Assembly: GCA_046727435.1 (NCBI GenBank)
Contig: JBKPCR010000213.1
Span: 1-48,255 of the forward strand
From: a bacterium
GTDB lineage: Bacteria > Tectomicrobia > Entotheonellia > J063 > CAVPRW01
Length of the DNA: 48,255 nt
Direction: 5' to 3'
Program-made: the position numbers and the translations under genes
Notes under the pieces: model-generated
What the model was told of the DNA's origin: nothing
The model's input: the letters and a program-made list of their open reading frames with translations, nothing else
Databases searched by the model: none
Shown here: positions 46,868 to 48,255 of the stretch, in pieces
How positions within the stretch are numbered: the first letter of the stretch is position 1
Layout of the letters: each line of letters opens with the position of its first letter

Positions 46868-48255
46868 ATGCATCTCATGTGGCGACGACTGCGGAGAGCT
46901 GGAGTAGAGACCGTGATGGTGCTGGTAGGACTGACGATGATGGCTGATACGGTGGGCGCGGCGACTACCCCGGCTGAGCAACGTCTGCTCGAACGGATCC
47001 GCGCGCTTGAAGAACGACTGAACAAGCTTGAAAAGATCGAAGGGACCACGCAGCCCCCGACAGCGGCCGAAACCCAGGATATGGAGCGCCTCCTGGAACG
47101 CCTCAACGTGCTTGAAGAGCGATTGGACAGGCTCGACCGGACCAATGTTATCAAGAAGAAGGTTGAGTATGTCTGTCCCGGTGGTGAGATTCTCACGGAG
47201 CCTCCGCCCGAGGGGCGCTGCCCGGATGCCGCTAAGCCGCAGGTTCGGGAGACAGTGAGTACGGAGTCGGTGTTACGGCGCCAATCCATCGCTGAGCAGA
47301 TCGAAGGTGCCCTCCAGGATGCCGAAGGGAAAAAAGTCGCTATCGGAGGGTCGGCGCGCGGTATCCTCCAGCAAGTCACCAACGGCCAGCGCGGGCAAAA
47401 TGATCTCTTTCCCTCGGGGGCATTTGATCTGGTGTTGCTGTCGCGGCCGATGGCGAATACGACCTTCTACGTCGATATCGAGGCCATTGCTGGCCCGGGG
47501 CCCGATCGAGTGCTTGGGAGTCTGTCCCGCCTGAATGCCGATGTGGAGACGCTGGGCCTGGGGGGGCTGGGAATCGGCGGGCAGGACCAAAGGCTGGCGA
47601 TACGGGAAGCCTGGCTGGGGTTCCAGTTGTTTAAAGACCGCCTCGATGCGTTTGCGGGGAAGCTCGATCCGACCAACTACTTCGATCGCAACGCTTTCGC
47701 CAACGACGAAACCTCCCAGTTCTTGGATGCAGCCCTAGTGAACAATCCGATGCTCAAGCAGCCTCCGAATGGGCCAGGCCTGGTCACGCGCTGGGACGCC
47801 AACCGCGATCTCGGTTTTAGCCTTGGGGTAATGGGGTCCCGCGAATTTGAAGGGGCGCTGTTTGATGGGCCGTTCGTGGCCGGGGAGATCGATTACCATT
47901 CAGCGCGACTGCTCGATGGCAACTACCGTGTGTGGGCCCGCCTGGGGAGGGTCCCGGACGATTTACAGCGGCAGACGTGGGGCATGGGCGTCAGCATAGA
48001 CCAACTGCTGACGCAGCAGCTCGGCGTATTTGTGCGGGCGGGATTTAGTCAGTCGGACGGGATTCCTCAGCTCTCCTCCGCAGCGTCTGGAGGGCTCCAA
48101 TTGAGGGCGCCGTGGTTGAGCCGACCACGAGATCGGGTGGGCGCTGGCTATACCTACCAATGGGAACCCATAGGTTCAGAGCAGCTGGCCGAGTTCTACT
48201 ACAATTTGTTCCTCACGGACCGGTTGTCGTTAATTGGCAACGTTCAGTGGCTCAT
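46868..48255 (+). CDS. OprB-family porin with N-terminal coiled coil (partial, runs off the window)
   Basis: Absent from the ORF track because it has no stop in the window. Manual translation shows a signal peptide, two RIRALEERL-type coiled-coil repeats, IREAW and GKLDPTNYFDRNAFANDETSQF (OprB-type FD.N.FAND..QF). Confidence 0.8.
   Translation, partial: MHLMWRRLRRAGVETVMVLVGLTMMADTVGAATTPAEQRLLERIRALEERLNKLEKIEGTTQPPTAAETQDMERLLERLNVLEERLDRLDRTNVIKKKVEYVCPGGEILTEPPPEGRCPDAAKPQVRETVSTESVLRRQSIAEQIEGALQDAEGKKVAIGGSARGILQQVTNGQRGQNDLFPSGAFDLVLLSRPMANTTFYVDIEAIAGPGPDRVLGSLSRLNADVETLGLGGLGIGGQDQRLAIREAWLGFQLFKDRLDAFAGKLDPTNYFDRNAFANDETSQFLDAALVNNPMLKQPPNGPGLVTRWDANRDLGFSLGVMGSREFEGALFDGPFVAGEIDYHSARLLDGNYRVWARLGRVPDDLQRQTWGMGVSIDQLLTQQLGVFVRAGFSQSDGIPQLSSAASGGLQLRAPWLSRPRDRVGAGYTYQWEPIGSEQLAEFYYNLFLTDRLSLIGNVQWL

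Noticed and set aside
1-48255. CRISPR array, tRNA or rRNA genes
   Set aside because: No regularly spaced direct repeats or recognisable tRNA/rRNA sequence seen.

Overview
GC-rich bacterial accessory region with four parts. (1) 1-5.5 kb: an IS5-family remnant and an intact IS630 element, followed by an unannotated integron-type cassette array. It has three same-orientation attC sites, a possible attI and no intact integrase in the window. Its cargo is a DUF433/PIN toxin-antitoxin pair, an AHL-lactonase-like metallo-hydrolase, a frameshifted arylsulfotransferase-like gene and a NUDIX hydrolase. (2) 5.5-20 kb: a CNNM/CorC protein and a heavy-metal RND efflux operon (czcI-like, B, A, C, TPR) read from a leaderless promoter. 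Beside it lies a 1327-bp transposase-less element with perfect 23-bp IS1-like inverted repeats and an 8-bp target duplication, carrying a His-rich secreted passenger gene. A TetR/methyltransferase pair follows. (3) 20-45.7 kb: a ~26-kb minus-strand chromate/metal island with chrB (amber-interrupted), a chrF-like gene, two chrA, two DUF1080-like genes, DUF1259, an Fbp-type ABC system with an atypical binding protein, a cupredoxin, three paralogous MFS, a heterodimeric ABC exporter, fetAB, a CDF and several gene scars. (4) 46.3 kb-end: two tandem cobalamin riboswitches in front of an OprB-family porin gene that runs off the window. All family assignments come from motif recognition by eye, not database searches.
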